This document shows positions 25,801 to 37,199 of a stretch of DNA of 64,000 nt, piece after piece. The translations under genes and the position numbers were made by a program. The first letter of the stretch is position 1. Each line of letters opens with the position of its first letter. This stretch comes from Octopus sinensis (Eukaryota): NCBI RefSeq assembly GCF_006345805.1, contig NW_021836000.1, forward strand, positions 186,001-250,000. Direction: 5' to 3'. A model generated the notes under the pieces. That model made no database searches. It was given only the letters and a program-made list of their open reading frames with translations, and was not told the DNA's origin.

Positions 25801-26339
25801 CGCGCCAAACGAGAGACCTACTTTCCTGTCATCCGGCTGGGACGTTTTCCATTACCTCGAAAAAAACTAACATGAAATCCTGCGGAATCAAATGCCCTCT
25901 TAATGACTTCATCTTTAATGAAAAATACCAAAAATTGATACCTCTTTAGATTAATCAAATTCATCTAGAATCTTTGGACCAATGATACTCAAGTGTGCAA
26001 TCTTTGGATTCAATTGTGCCCCCGTGATAAACTTTTAGTTTGTCTTTTTTAATATAAATAAATTTTATTTTTAATAAAAAATTGTTTAATTACATGAATT
26101 TTTAATAAAAGCATGGCAAACTCGCACACGTGTTATTTTTATTTAGTGATACTTGTTTTTATTCCACTTTGTATTAATTTTTTTGTTTAATTGGATTCAG
26201 AAGGAATATTTCGTGATGCAGTTTCTTTTAATGATTAATTTATCTGAAATTTCATCATTTTTGACATATTTTTTGATTTTATTCCTCTAATCTGCTTCGT
26301 TCACTTTTTTGAAATTTTTTTATTTTATTTGTTTAATCT

Positions 26340-26394
26340 GCCCTTTTTAAATTTTTTCACGACCTAGGCTCGGTAACAACCTAGGCTCGTGACA
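26340..26394. mobile_element. Solo TGT-type terminus (Ginger-like)
   Basis: Reverse complement reads TGTCACGAGCCTAGG with an internal GAGCCTAGG repeat; starts like the Ginger TIR TGTCAC. No partner end found. Confidence 0.4.
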
Positions 26395-26451
26395 TATACA
26401 CACATAGAAGAATAAAGAATTAAATAACGAAGTAATAAAAAGTACCAATTA

Positions 26452-27272
26452 GGTACTTTTGTCGAAGTGGTCGCAGTTTTTTTAGAAGATAATTAAAATT
26501 AATTAATTTTTTTAGTGAAAAATAGATTATTTAATTTATAACCCTCTATCAATAATTTAAATGGTTATTAAAATTATTTAAAAATTTATTTAACCAATTT
26601 AGTCATTTTTAGTACGCGGCATCCAAATTCCAGGACTGTAGAAGGAATTTATGTCTTTTACAATCTGTGCAAAAGATTCCTTATAGTTCTGTATTTGTTT
26701 TCGCCACATAAATTCTGAAAAAATAACTAACTAAAAAAACCTGCGAAATAAGATCCCAGATGATGTCTTACAGCTCCTCTTTGAGCTTTATTCTTGCATT
26801 TTGCACTTCCCCACATTCGTTCTACTGTCTGGGTGTGCACTCCCGTCGTTGGATCCACAAAGAATTTTCTGAATATATTATATTTCCTTACTTATGGTTA
26901 ACGGTTTCGTGTGTAGCCGTTTTCAACCAATTGATCAGTTGAATACCCTAAATGTTAATCAAATAATGCTAACCTTTCCAGCAGTCACTATAAATAATGC
27001 TTGCGTCCACACAGACTTCACGTAAAAACATAGCCCAATCGACATATGTATGTTCACCCCAATTGTATTCGTGATGAAGCCATTTGAAGGTATGCCTATC
27101 GTAACTCCATAAGTATATGTAGGCGATGACATCCTCAAATGGCAATCTACAATTCTCTAACCAGGTATCTAGAATTATTTGAGAGAAATTATACCTTTTT
27201 TAATAGAACATTGGACTCTACAACCAACTCTTGAGCATTTCCAATTGAGCTTCGGTCCCAAGACTAATAATT
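26452..27272 (-). mobile_element. Merlin (IS1016/ISXO2-like) DNA transposon copy A: 5'-truncated, central deletion
   Basis: TIR GGTACTTTTGTCGAAGTGGTCGCAG. Near-identical to parts of 43244-44385. Retains the C-terminal exons NHK|KFFVDPTTGVHTQTVERMWGSAK and YFA|EFMWRK. Confidence 0.9.
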
Positions 27273-27319
27273 TAAGAAAAATGTATGACAATAAAAAATT
27301 AATGAAGATTAGAATCGAT

Positions 27320-27940
27320 ACGCATTAAAAAAGCTGAAAAAGGCCGACAGAATTTATTCCAAGAATCGAGATTGTATAAACTAAAGTATTATATATGCAA
27401 ATATACTATTGGAAAATCCTCCAGTAAATCTATCAGTCAGTGCTGCATATTTAATGGCATTGTGGGCTAACTCAATAGCCTCACTCTGTGTTGTACGAAT
27501 TCCACGATAACTGGCAATGATTATAAAAGAAAATACTGCATATTGATCCAAGTACGCGCCTCTATTCCGTCCGACCAAATTGTCGTTACGCTGCATGTAC
27601 ACTCTACAGTTGAGAAGGAATCTATTGATAGATTCCTCCATTATGCACACATAAGAGAATAACGGTCTAAAAATATAACAAAAACTCAAATATACCGATA
27701 ATTGTCGCGGAAGTATAAAATTCGATAAGATTTTTTGTATGAAATCCTTCAAAAACATTGGGTATACATTCCAAGACCGTCTAGAAAACAAATTAATTTC
27801 AAAAAATACGAAAAATAACGAGAAATTTCTTGTTCTAATAAATCCAAAACATCCATGTTCCCAGAAAAACCAACGATGGCGTTATCGGTAATTTGAGAAA
27901 TTTTGCGAAAGACTCTTCGGAAACCACATTTTTAGAAATC
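27320..27940 (-). pseudogene. Divergent proteasome beta-subunit-like gene or fragment
   Basis: VFRKISQITDNAIVGFSG and EAIELAHNAIKYAALTDRFTGGFSN|IYTI match the order of beta-type (beta5-like) motifs; tiny introns present. No N-terminal GTTT motif found. Confidence 0.45.
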
Positions 27941-28059
27941 AACTTTATTTGGGAATTAAATTTTCCTGATTCTAATCCTATGTGTATCAACCTTTGCAAA
28001 GTTGTTCATTGTTGATACTTTTTCGATATTTAACGGTAACACTACATTTTAAACAAAAA

Positions 28060-28300
28060 AGTCTCCCGTTATCATTTTCTTCGAATTTGTTAGGAAATTT
28101 GTTGGGCGTCAGCTTAAGAATAGCTTACGTAGATATCAAATTGTGAATTTTCCTCATCGGATATGGGCATTGGTGCAAACTATCTATTTGGAGAATACAC
28201 TCAACAAGAGATTTGCGAAATCATAACCAAACCCAGTATGGCATTTTGAAAAGATCAAAAGTCCTCTTCCCTTTGCATTTGCAACTTCGATGACATCCAA
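28060..28300 (-). mobile_element. Non-LTR fragment of the same family as 3448..3930
   Basis: LHQCPYPMRKIHNLIST*AILKLTPN versus LHQCPYPMKRIHYSIFTSAILQLTPN. Confidence 0.75.
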
Positions 28301-28686
28301 CGACATTTTGGATGTATTCAACAAAACCTGAGTGATTTATTTAATTGAATTGATATGCTCGATTTATTTTATTCAAACAACTACTCCAATTAAACGATCA
28401 CGCTATTGAGGATAGAATTTCTAATTTTCCCATTTGATCTTTATTAGGGACTTTGTAGCCGCTGTTTTTTCTGAATTACCAAGTTTATTGTTGTCTAAGT
28501 CTGATTCCGGCATGAAGTATCAAGACTTTTCATTTGACTGTACTCGAATCACCTTGAATGGTTTGATAAATGTGTTTGGGTATTATTTGATATTCGATGA
28601 CAGTATATTTTCCGGATAAACCGGAAATTCCTGTTTGCTTTGAGTTTATTATTAAAATAGATAAAGTTCTCAATCTTTTTATCTTA

Positions 28687-30577
28687 TGTCACAGGCCACA
28701 ACTGTTACTCTCCGCCAGATATGTTACACCAACATCAAATTGTCAAGTTGGAAAAAACTTAAAACATGAATCCTTTGGTATATTTCTATGAAATCAAAGA
28801 AAACTTATAAATTTTTAAAAAATATTGATGTTTTTTTAAATTACAAATACACGTTAAAAATGCGTTTAGTGCAAGTAACAAAGGAAGACTTAGAATTACT
28901 TAAGGAACTTAAGAGCAATCCTGAGCTCGTATTCGTCAGCAGGACGCTTTCGCGGATGCAAAGATCAAGACTACTGAAATTAGCAAATAAATTTGATTTT
29001 TTGGATGGAGCTCCATATATCACTAAAGATGGACTTAAATTAAGATTTTTCTGCAGCGATGAAGCTGAACTTAAAGATAAATATATTGAAGTTTGCATAA
29101 TAAATGTTTATTTCAATTGGCTGAACATAATTTGAATCATTTTGGTCGAGACCGGTTGTTTTCAAAATTGGCGCGCTTATACCACGGAATATCACGTGCA
29201 GAGATCAATCGTGTCATAAAACGATGTATTCCTTGCCAGGTTTTAAGTTTTTTTTATTAATTTTTTAGTCAAAAAAATCATTGGCTACTAAACCCCCAGT
29301 TACGCCGATCATTGCAAGGCGGAGTCGCGATCGGTATATCGCCGATTTAGTGGACCTAAGGAGATATTCAGATATTAATGATTCTTATAACTGGGTACTT
29401 TTGGCTATATAAAGATTAGATTCTTGTAATTGTCGATTCTTTTTCGAAATTCGCGATAGTTGAGTTATCTTTTACCAAAAGAGCTCATGAAATTGCTTCG
29501 TTATTTCAGAACATCTTTTATTATATTGGGCCACCATTGATCTTGCATACAGACAATGGTAAAGAATTTTGCAATGACCATGTCGCCCGTTTATGTGAAA
29601 AGTACAAAATTAAACATGTCCGTGGACGACCAAGGGCTCCTTGGGTACAGGGACAGGTGGAAAGGTTGTAAGATAACATTATTCTTTAGACTAAATCAGA
29701 GTATCAAAAGATGGATTTCATCTAAAAGTTACTCTGATGAATGTTTTGGACGCTATTGCGATATAATCAAAGACATTGTTTTTGATTATAACAATACTGT
29801 CCATTCCACCACAAAAAAAGTCCCATTTAATCTATTTATGGGCATAAAATATCCTATTGAAACATCAGAGGAGGAACTAGAATCATTGTTATTGCAAAAT
29901 GATGACATAGAATATTTGGAAGAGGAAAGGAATGAAGCGTATGTAAATATTCTGTTGGCAGCTGATAAAATGGCTCAGAGAAGAAAATGGAAGTATGACG
30001 AGGCTACTTTTAGTGTAGGAGAGATAGTAATCTTAAGGTATTTGGGATGTATAAACATGTAATTTAGGCAAGATAATGACGCTAACAAACGACAATATCC
30101 ACTTTATGATGGATTAGAGATGGTGAAATACACAATTGTGGCAAAAGACGATTTTGTAGTAACAATACAAAGTGAGACAGGTGACATGTATGAGAAAATA
30201 CATATTCACGCTTAATTAAAATTGGGAATGATCCTTCTTTTTTGTGATTCCTTGATAGAAAACGTTTTAAACTAATAAGAGGCTTTTAAAATTTTTTTTA
30301 TTAAAAAAAAAGAATAATTATTTAATAAAAAAAAGATATGGATAAGCCAAAATTAAATAGATTGCTAAATAATTTAAAACTCATATTTTACACGGTATGT
30401 TGGTTTTTGGGAAAAAATTCATGTTTCAGTCCAAATTTTTTCTATTCAGAAAAGCATATTTTTGCGAACAATTAGGTTATGCTTTGTATTAATTTTTAAT
30501 TTTAAAAGTTTTTATTTCTATTTATATGAATTTTTAGTGTAACATATCTGGCGGAGTAACAGTTGTGGCCTGTGACA
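28687..30577 (+). mobile_element. Ginger2/TDD-like DNA transposon (retroviral-type integrase), full length
   Basis: 41-43 bp TIRs TGTCACAGGCCACAACTGTTACTC..CAGATATGTTACAC and a 5-bp TSD TCTTA (28682-28686 / 30578-30582). Confidence 0.93.
28860..30215 (+). CDS. Ginger2/TDD-like transposase (KRBA2/SCAND3-like integrase), ~406 aa, five introns
   Basis: Exons 28860-29090, 29117-29239, 29269-29394, 29420-29664, 29690-30037, 30068-30215 give HHCC (EHNLNH..CIPC), IADLVD, LHTDNGKEF, QVERLNQ and YNNTVHSTT. Intron 1 ends in AA rather than AG. Confidence 0.85.
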
Positions 30578-31499
30578 TCTTATTTTGGGAATGGCAGAAT
30601 TTTCTTCAGATTCATAGTCTTATTGTTAATATTGTTTGGACTATCGCCATTTTCAATGATTTGACAAAGTTTAGAAATCTTAAATTAGTATTTCCAGAAC
30701 TAATCAAATGCCTCTTCAATGTGTTGAAATTTGCATATTAAATAGCTATTTACAAAAATTTCTGGCTGATTTTAACGTCATTTATGACTCGTCCGTTAAT
30801 CATGTTTACTTGCGTTATTATGTAAACTGCCCAATGGTACTATTTTTAGTTATTCTCTATTTTATGAAATTCAAACAAAGAGTCGTGCTAATCTTTATAG
30901 CAACAATGGTTTCTCGTAGGTGCGTGTTTGTCAAGCAATTTTCTTCATATTTCTAAGATTATTTTCAGCGGTTCCTCTTAACGGTTTTTTTCACTTTTAT
31001 ATTTTAAATAAAACGACCTAAAAAAAGATATGAGATCGAGGCATTCCGAACGGTAATAAATGTTTTAACGGATTTTTTCACTGTTCTTTGTTAGATAAAA
31101 ATTAATAAATCTTTGAATAAGCCTTATAACTCTTTTGGTGCACTTTATGACAAAATGTTCACTCACTACGCACATAATACGGTTCCGTGGTGTGTATTGA
31201 CCGAGTTTTATTATCGTGTTTTTGAATTATTGGTTATAACACATTTAATTGAGTATATAGTTCAGATGGCGTGACATCGGACGGGTCTCTGATAAATCCA
31301 GACATAAATTCTGGGTATTTTTTGGTTTGTTGATTTATCATAGACAATTGCTTCGCAGTAAAGTCATTTTTGGCAAAATTTGGTTTTGGATGTCTCTGAT
31401 CATTTTTCAATCGTAAGTTAAGAAAGTATTTTGAAAAGATATTTCTCCCAATGACTCAAAAACCCAAATCATTTTTACAGGAACAGTCAATAGATATTC

Positions 31500-31720
31500 T
31501 ATGTTTATTTTAGGAATTGTCTCAACAATGAGCTGTCCGTGGAGATACACCATGACACAATTGTATCAAAATTCTTCAAGAAAAATTTGGATGCGCTCAA
31601 AGTAGAAAACAGGTTTGACACTGGTGATGCAAAATAAAAGAATTGGGATTTAAACAATTGAGGTGATTAAAGGCGGCCTGGCTATCAATTTGTCGACAGT
31701 CTACTGTACGTAATTCGATT
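31500..31720 (+). mobile_element. Possible Tc1/mariner-type HTH fragment
   Basis: KILQEKF..AQSRKQV*HW*CKIKELG resembles transposase N-terminal HTHs; multiple stops. Confidence 0.3.
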
Positions 31721-31899
31721 ACTTGAAGAAAGAGTATAAACTTAATAACAAAGATTTTAAATTAAAAAGCAGGCCTTTTTAAGGTGATGGGGTTACTTTT
31801 CCCATTTAACTAAACACATTTAACCATTTAACTATCTCTTTTGGTTTCGTTAATTTTGTTTGGATTCATTTATCAAACGTTTTACGTTTTATTTTAAAC

Positions 31900-32510
31900 T
31901 TACTTTTACGCAGGATTACGTGGCTATATTCGAGATGATGTATCTTTTGCTTAAAAGACCATATTAAAGGCTCATGCGTTTTATTACAGATCATGAGTTG
32001 GAATTTTGAAAATTTTTTCAAAGATTTCAAAAAAGAAACTACAAGATTTGATTATTCGGAATCAACGAACAGGTGATTTCTACATCTGCTAGTTTGTTTT
32101 TCCAATGTTACAACTCAACTATAACAAATTAACATTCCATCTATAAATTTACATGGTGGCTTGTTCACCTCTTTTGGACCAAGAAAAAGGACTTAAATAA
32201 AGATCTCACCATGGAAGAAGATTGCGGAGGACGCTATCACAACAAAAACTGGAGGCTGTTACTTAAAGTCGGCTTTGGTGACAAAAAATACCATTCAGTC
32301 AAAATTTGATGAAGTTTTTATGACCAATCTGGAAGGACAGATCGTTGAAGCAAGCGCTGCCAATATTCTCCTCAGTTATTGCGATCGCATCATTGTTCCT
32401 CCTCTTAAAGGATTCCAATATGGAATCACAATTCGGAGTTTACGTGAATTGCTCAAAGATGAGACAATTATTGTAGAAGTTCAGCCAATTGTAGAAGTTC
32501 AGCATAATTC
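31900..32510 (+). pseudogene. ilvE: Bacterial-type branched-chain aminotransferase (IlvE, PLP class IV) pseudogene
   Basis: GLRGY..KDHI.RLMR, IIRNQ..FYI..VF, EKGLK.KISPWKK, TKTGGCYLKSALV..FDEVFMTNLEGQIVEASAANI..VPPL..GITIRSL, colinear with E. coli-type IlvE. Frameshifts and stops present, no introns, C-terminus missing. Confidence 0.85.
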
Positions 32511-32870
32511 AATGTGTTCACCTATTGACTACGGAAACAGCTGCTTTAAATTTCCCATGTTGAGTCAGTAGAAGGACGTCTCATTTTAGAAAAACGAGGA
32601 CCTTTACGGATGCAATCCTCAATAAAGAAAACCCAAAATTAGAGAAATGAAGATATTATTCCAGCACTTTCAAAAGCAGCGGTTTTTGTTGGAGCATATG
32701 GGATATTTATCAATGTGCATCCCCAACCAAAACAATTTCGCTGCGATGCGCGGCAAACTCTTTCTTTGGATGAGTACGAAAATCTTTCCGAAAAAGTCAA
32801 AATCATTGCCAGTATAACAAAAAGACGGTATAGCGGAATTTTTTTACTTGAAATATAAAAGTTAAATAGT
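32510..32870 (+). pseudogene. DAHP synthase class I-beta / KDO8P synthase family C-terminal pseudogene fragment
   Basis: ILEKRG, AILNKENPK, then IIPALSKAAVFVGAYGIFINVHPQP..CDARQTLSLDEYENL; internal deletion and frameshifts. Confidence 0.7.
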
Positions 32871-32886
32871 AATTGTTTATTAAATA

Positions 32887-34628
32887 CAGTCCGACCCCAA
32901 AATGGGGCAGACCCCAGGGGTGGGGCACCCTCGGATTTTGGGGCACCCCCGCAATTTGGGGCACTTTATTCCAAAAGTACATTTTGGCAGAAAAAAAATA
33001 AAAATCGATAAAAAATTATGGAATTTTTGGGGCACCATAAAATCATTTATAAGGAATTAAAAATAAAATAAAATTATAATAAATTAATTATTTTTTGTTT
33101 TATTTTCAATTTATATTTTTATTGTTGTGGTTATGGATTACGAAACTAAATTGAAGATTGCTAAAGAAATTTTGAAGAAAAATTTATCTGAGAGGCAACT
33201 AATGAAAAAGTACAACACAAGTAAAGGAACATATCAAGAATAAAACGAAATATTGTACCTTTCTTGCAACACGGCAATACTATTTCTGAGGAATATGACA
33301 CATTTAAAGCCGATAAAGATAAATTTGATGATCAAGTCTTTGAAATATTTCAAAGACTACGCGTAGATAAAATTCCGATTTCAGGCCCTATTTTGAAAAA
33401 AATTGCCTTAGTTACAGCTTCAAAAATTGGATTTACTTCTTTTAAAGCTTCCAATGGGTGGCTTGATAGATTTAAATTGCGGCATGAACTTCAATTCAAG
33501 TCAATATGTGGTGAAAAAGCTTCATGTGATTTATCTTATGTGAAAAATTATTTTGAAAAATATGACCAGAAAGTATTAAAATATGGACCTGAGAATATAT
33601 TTAATTGTGATGAAACTGCGCTTTTTATAAAAAGAACTCCTCAAAAATCATTTGTTGAACAAGGCGAACCGTGTTTTGGTTATAAACAAGGGAAAGAAAG
33701 ACTCACTGTTCTTCTATGCTGCAGTTTAATCGGGGAAAAACTTAATCCATTGATTATTGGAAAATATAAAAAACCTCGGTGTCTAAAAAATTTTGATGTT
33801 CAAGATTTTGGGTTATTGTATTCATCTTCTCAAAATGCATGGATGACTGGAAAGACTTTTATGAGTTGGCTTACACTTATAAATGAATCGTTTTGCAAAA
33901 ACAACAGAAAAATATTATTAATACTTGACAATGCGGGATGCCATAAAACTGCCGAATGTTCGAACATCGAATTTTATTTTTGCCGAAAAATACAACGCCC
34001 TATTTACAACCTTTGGATATGGGAATAATCAAGATTTTTAAAGATTATTATTCCTCTTTCTTAATGGAATTTTTATGTTTTCAAGATTTCGAAAACGATT
34101 TTACACATTCTATTGGTAAATTAAATTTGCGTCAGGTTATGATGCTAATTTCAAAAGGATGGGAGAAAATAGATGCTAAAAGTATTGTTAATTGTTGGAA
34201 GAAAATCGACAGGAACCGTGATTCTTATGCAACAAAAAACTGTCTAACAGATGAACATTTAGATCAAGTTGTTAACGAAACAATTGATGGAGAATGCGAA
34301 GACATGAACAATAATGTTTATGATACATATTCAGAAACCGAAAATAGTGAAAATGTCGTAGCAAAAACAAAAGATCTGCTTAACAATTTAGAAGAAAAAA
34401 TTTCTAATGTTGCACCAAGTATGCTCCGAGATTTTTTTGATTTTCGGCTGAAATTGACGAACAATATCAGACAAAACTCTACAAATAAAAAGAAAATAAC
34501 TGAATATTTTAGTAAAAATGTTTTTTGATGTTTATTAATGGTTTAATTTTTAAAAAAATAACAAACCCCTGTTTTTGGGGCACCCCCGCATTTTGGGGCA
34601 CTTGGTGCCCCATTTGGGGGTCGGACTG
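32887..34628 (+). mobile_element. pogo/Tigger DNA transposon, full length, frameshifted transposase (33133-34528)
   Basis: TIRs CAGTCCGACCCCAAA(A)TGGGGCA, TA TSD, repeated GGGGCAC subterminal motifs. Protein motifs FKASNGWLDRFK, IFNCDETALF, LLILDNAGCH, LQPLDMGII; frameshifts near 33230 and 33990. Confidence 0.95.
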
Positions 34629-34915
34629 TAGTAACACAAAATCTGCAGTATTTCTTTATGTTGAGCATATTAGTTTTATACAATAAATTAGTCAATGTTT
34701 AAATAATTTCTTTAGCTGTTTCTGATTTTATCGTTCTATACAAAAAAATCTGAGTGAGCAAATGTTTTTTTGAATAAATGCCTCCCCTAAACTCTTTGAT
34801 TTTTTAATTTTCTGCAAAAAAAAAAAATAAAACAAATTTTTATTTTAGTTTATCCATTAAACCAAATAAATTAGTTTATCCATTTTGAATTTTAATATAG
34901 GCACCTGGTCCGCTC

Positions 34916-34929
34916 AAAAACCGGTCACA
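34916..34929. mobile_element. Solo terminus matching the 22767-23548 MITE TIR
   Basis: AAAAACCGGTCACA, reverse complement TGTGACCGGTTTTT; no partner end found. Confidence 0.35.
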
Positions 34930-35027
34930 AAAAATACTTCGAAGTTGTTAATTGGTAAATTATAAAATTTAAAGTTAATATCAATTTTTTTAACTTAACA
35001 TTATATCAGTTGTCTATCAATTAATAT

Positions 35028-35120
35028 CGATTAATCAAAGGGAAGGCTAGAGGCCTGGCGAATCGCCAAACTGTTCCCCCGGATAACGGCGTTCGAGAAC
35101 CGTTGCAATAGCCAGTCCAT
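35028..35120 (-). mobile_element. CRE-clade extreme 3' fragment
   Basis: MDWLLQRFSNAVIRGNSLAIRQASSLPFD*; same 5' breakpoint as 1600-1700. Confidence 0.85.
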
Positions 35121-35193
35121 TTCTATTTTTGATTCATTTTTAAACTAAAAAATATGTTGTGCCGCAGTATCCCTCTATACGAATAATAAGAAA

Positions 35194-35265
35194 GGGGTCG
35201 GCCGGGAATTGAACCCGGGACCTCTCCCACTCTATGAACGAATCATACCACTAGAACACCGAGCC
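35194..35265 (-). tRNA. tRNA-Pro-derived gene, probably a pseudogene (anticodon position reads AGA)
   Basis: GGCTCGGTGTTCTAGTGGTATGATTCGTTCATAGAGTGGGAGAGGTCCCGGGTTCAATTCCCGGCCGACCCC: tRNA-Pro body with intact A and B boxes and T arm, but mismatches in the acceptor, D and anticodon stems. T6 run about 40 nt downstream. Confidence 0.7.
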
Positions 35266-35425
35266 TTTTTCTTTGTCATTTGTTCCTTAATGTCTACTCT
35301 ATTATTTGCGAATCATTTTTTCATTTTTTTTGTTTTATCATCATTTTTTGTTATATGCAATCTTTTATTTATAGAATGAATGAATTTTTTATTAAAACGG
35401 AAAAGCCGAAAAAAGAGAAAGAAAG

Positions 35426-37113
35426 TTAATGATTTTTGATATATTCAACAACATTCATTGAAAGTTTTTCAGCGTTTTCCTTGCTTTTTGCTTCTGAATA
35501 AATCCTCACTACATCTTCAGTGCCGGACGGTCTGACGAAACATCTCCCGTCATCGACCAAATCTACATTTCTATATATGAAGTCTTGAAGTTCGTGATGT
35601 GACACAAGTCGTCTCTCAGCATCACATGTTTTAAATGCATACCTATCCGGGACATTAACCTACAAAATTATTGACCAATATTAAATAAGCCTTCATCAAT
35701 ACTGATGGAAATTCCTGATATTGGCCATTCCCGTCATCAAGACTCCATTGATAATAAGACAATATTATTTCGATTAATAACATGGCAGAAATGGCATCGC
35801 CTATTGCAGGATTTATCATTTCATTTGAAGGCAATAAAAATTTTGCCGTCCAAATTTCTTCTTTCTAAATTAAAATATCAAAACTAAATTTTATTACCAC
35901 AGAACTAGAATGGACAATACTTTCTAATGTTCTGCACAATTTTTCAGAAAAATAAACAGACCCATGCCCGTTCGCTTCAAAATAAACACCAAGATCCAAT
36001 TCTTTTGCTTTTTTAACAAGATGCTTGACTCCAGTTGGTACAAATAACACATCAACACCCAAAACATTTTTGATGTATTTAGACGAGGCTCCATTGGCAT
36101 AAGCTGTTTGTACTGCTCCAAGAGAAACGTGCTGAAATAATATTCATTTATTCACTTTAAGATGGGAGATTGTGATGAGATGTTTAAAAAATTTGACAAA
36201 AAGACACAGAATCCGATCTCCGTCTAAAATAGTGAAACCATTTTTATCATTTTGGTAAAAATAGATTATCCTATCTGCATCCCCGTCAAAAGATATACAC
36301 TTTTCAAATTTTAGTTCATAAAAACCGACTGGTTTACATTTTTTTGTTTTTACATAATCAGCTCCGCAATTAATATTGAGTAAATGATAGTCATTAATTG
36401 CAGCATTATTTAATTTATAATCAAAAATTGTAGATTTTATGGAACTTTCACTGAGAACGACGGAAGCAACTCCATTGGCACAGTCCACAAGGATGGAAGA
36501 TTTGGAAAAATCTTTATTTAAGAGATCTGTAGCTTTTTTATAGTCTCCGATAAGCCGACTTAAATAAATTTCGATTGAATTTTCAGGATTCCAACATTTT
36601 TCGTTGTTATAAAACACAGAAAAATGCAGACATGGAGTTGTGGTGAGTCCAATATTGATAGGAACGATATAATCAACAAAAAGATTAATTCCATCCATTA
36701 AACATCCTAAAAGTTCAAGAGAGGAGCCTCGGCTGTCGTATCCGATTATAATATTAGTTTTTGTTTTATTTTTCGTTTTAAGTATATCCAGCAGTGATAA
36801 TAATAATTGTTTGTCATTCGAGTTAACAAATTCATTACAAATTCTTCAGCTTCTTGAGCCATCATTCCTCCATCTGGGTCTACTATTTTTATTCCATTAT
36901 CTTCTGGAGGGTTGTGGGATGCTGTAATCATTAAGCCAATATTTGATTTAAGAAAGATAGACCGAACAGAGGCAAACAATCCAACTTTAAAAAAAGTAGT
37001 TTTAATGTATCGGCGCATCCGCGATAACCGGCTGTGCCATAATTCCATTTAGGTTCTACGATTGTATTTTTATATTTGCTTATTCCTCTCAAAGAACCAC
37101 TTTGAAAATCCAT
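35426..37113 (-). CDS. PGM3: Phosphoacetylglucosamine mutase, with two apparent single-base frameshifts
   Basis: [93 protein letters not shown]. Introns include a 31-nt GC-AG (35660-35690). Frameshifts at an A run (~37000) and a T run (~36840). Confidence 0.9.
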
Positions 37114-37199
37114 ATATATTGAATTCTTGCAACATTATTCAAATTATAAAATAACAAATAATAATACAAAAATACAGAAAATATTTTACAAAAGCGTTA

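Noticed and set aside
35028-35265. tRNA head plus CRE tail on the same strand, resembling a tRNA-derived SINE
   Set aside because: A T6 Pol III terminator (35147-35152) lies between head and tail, the sister tail at 1600-1700 has no tRNA head, and no enclosing TSD was seen.
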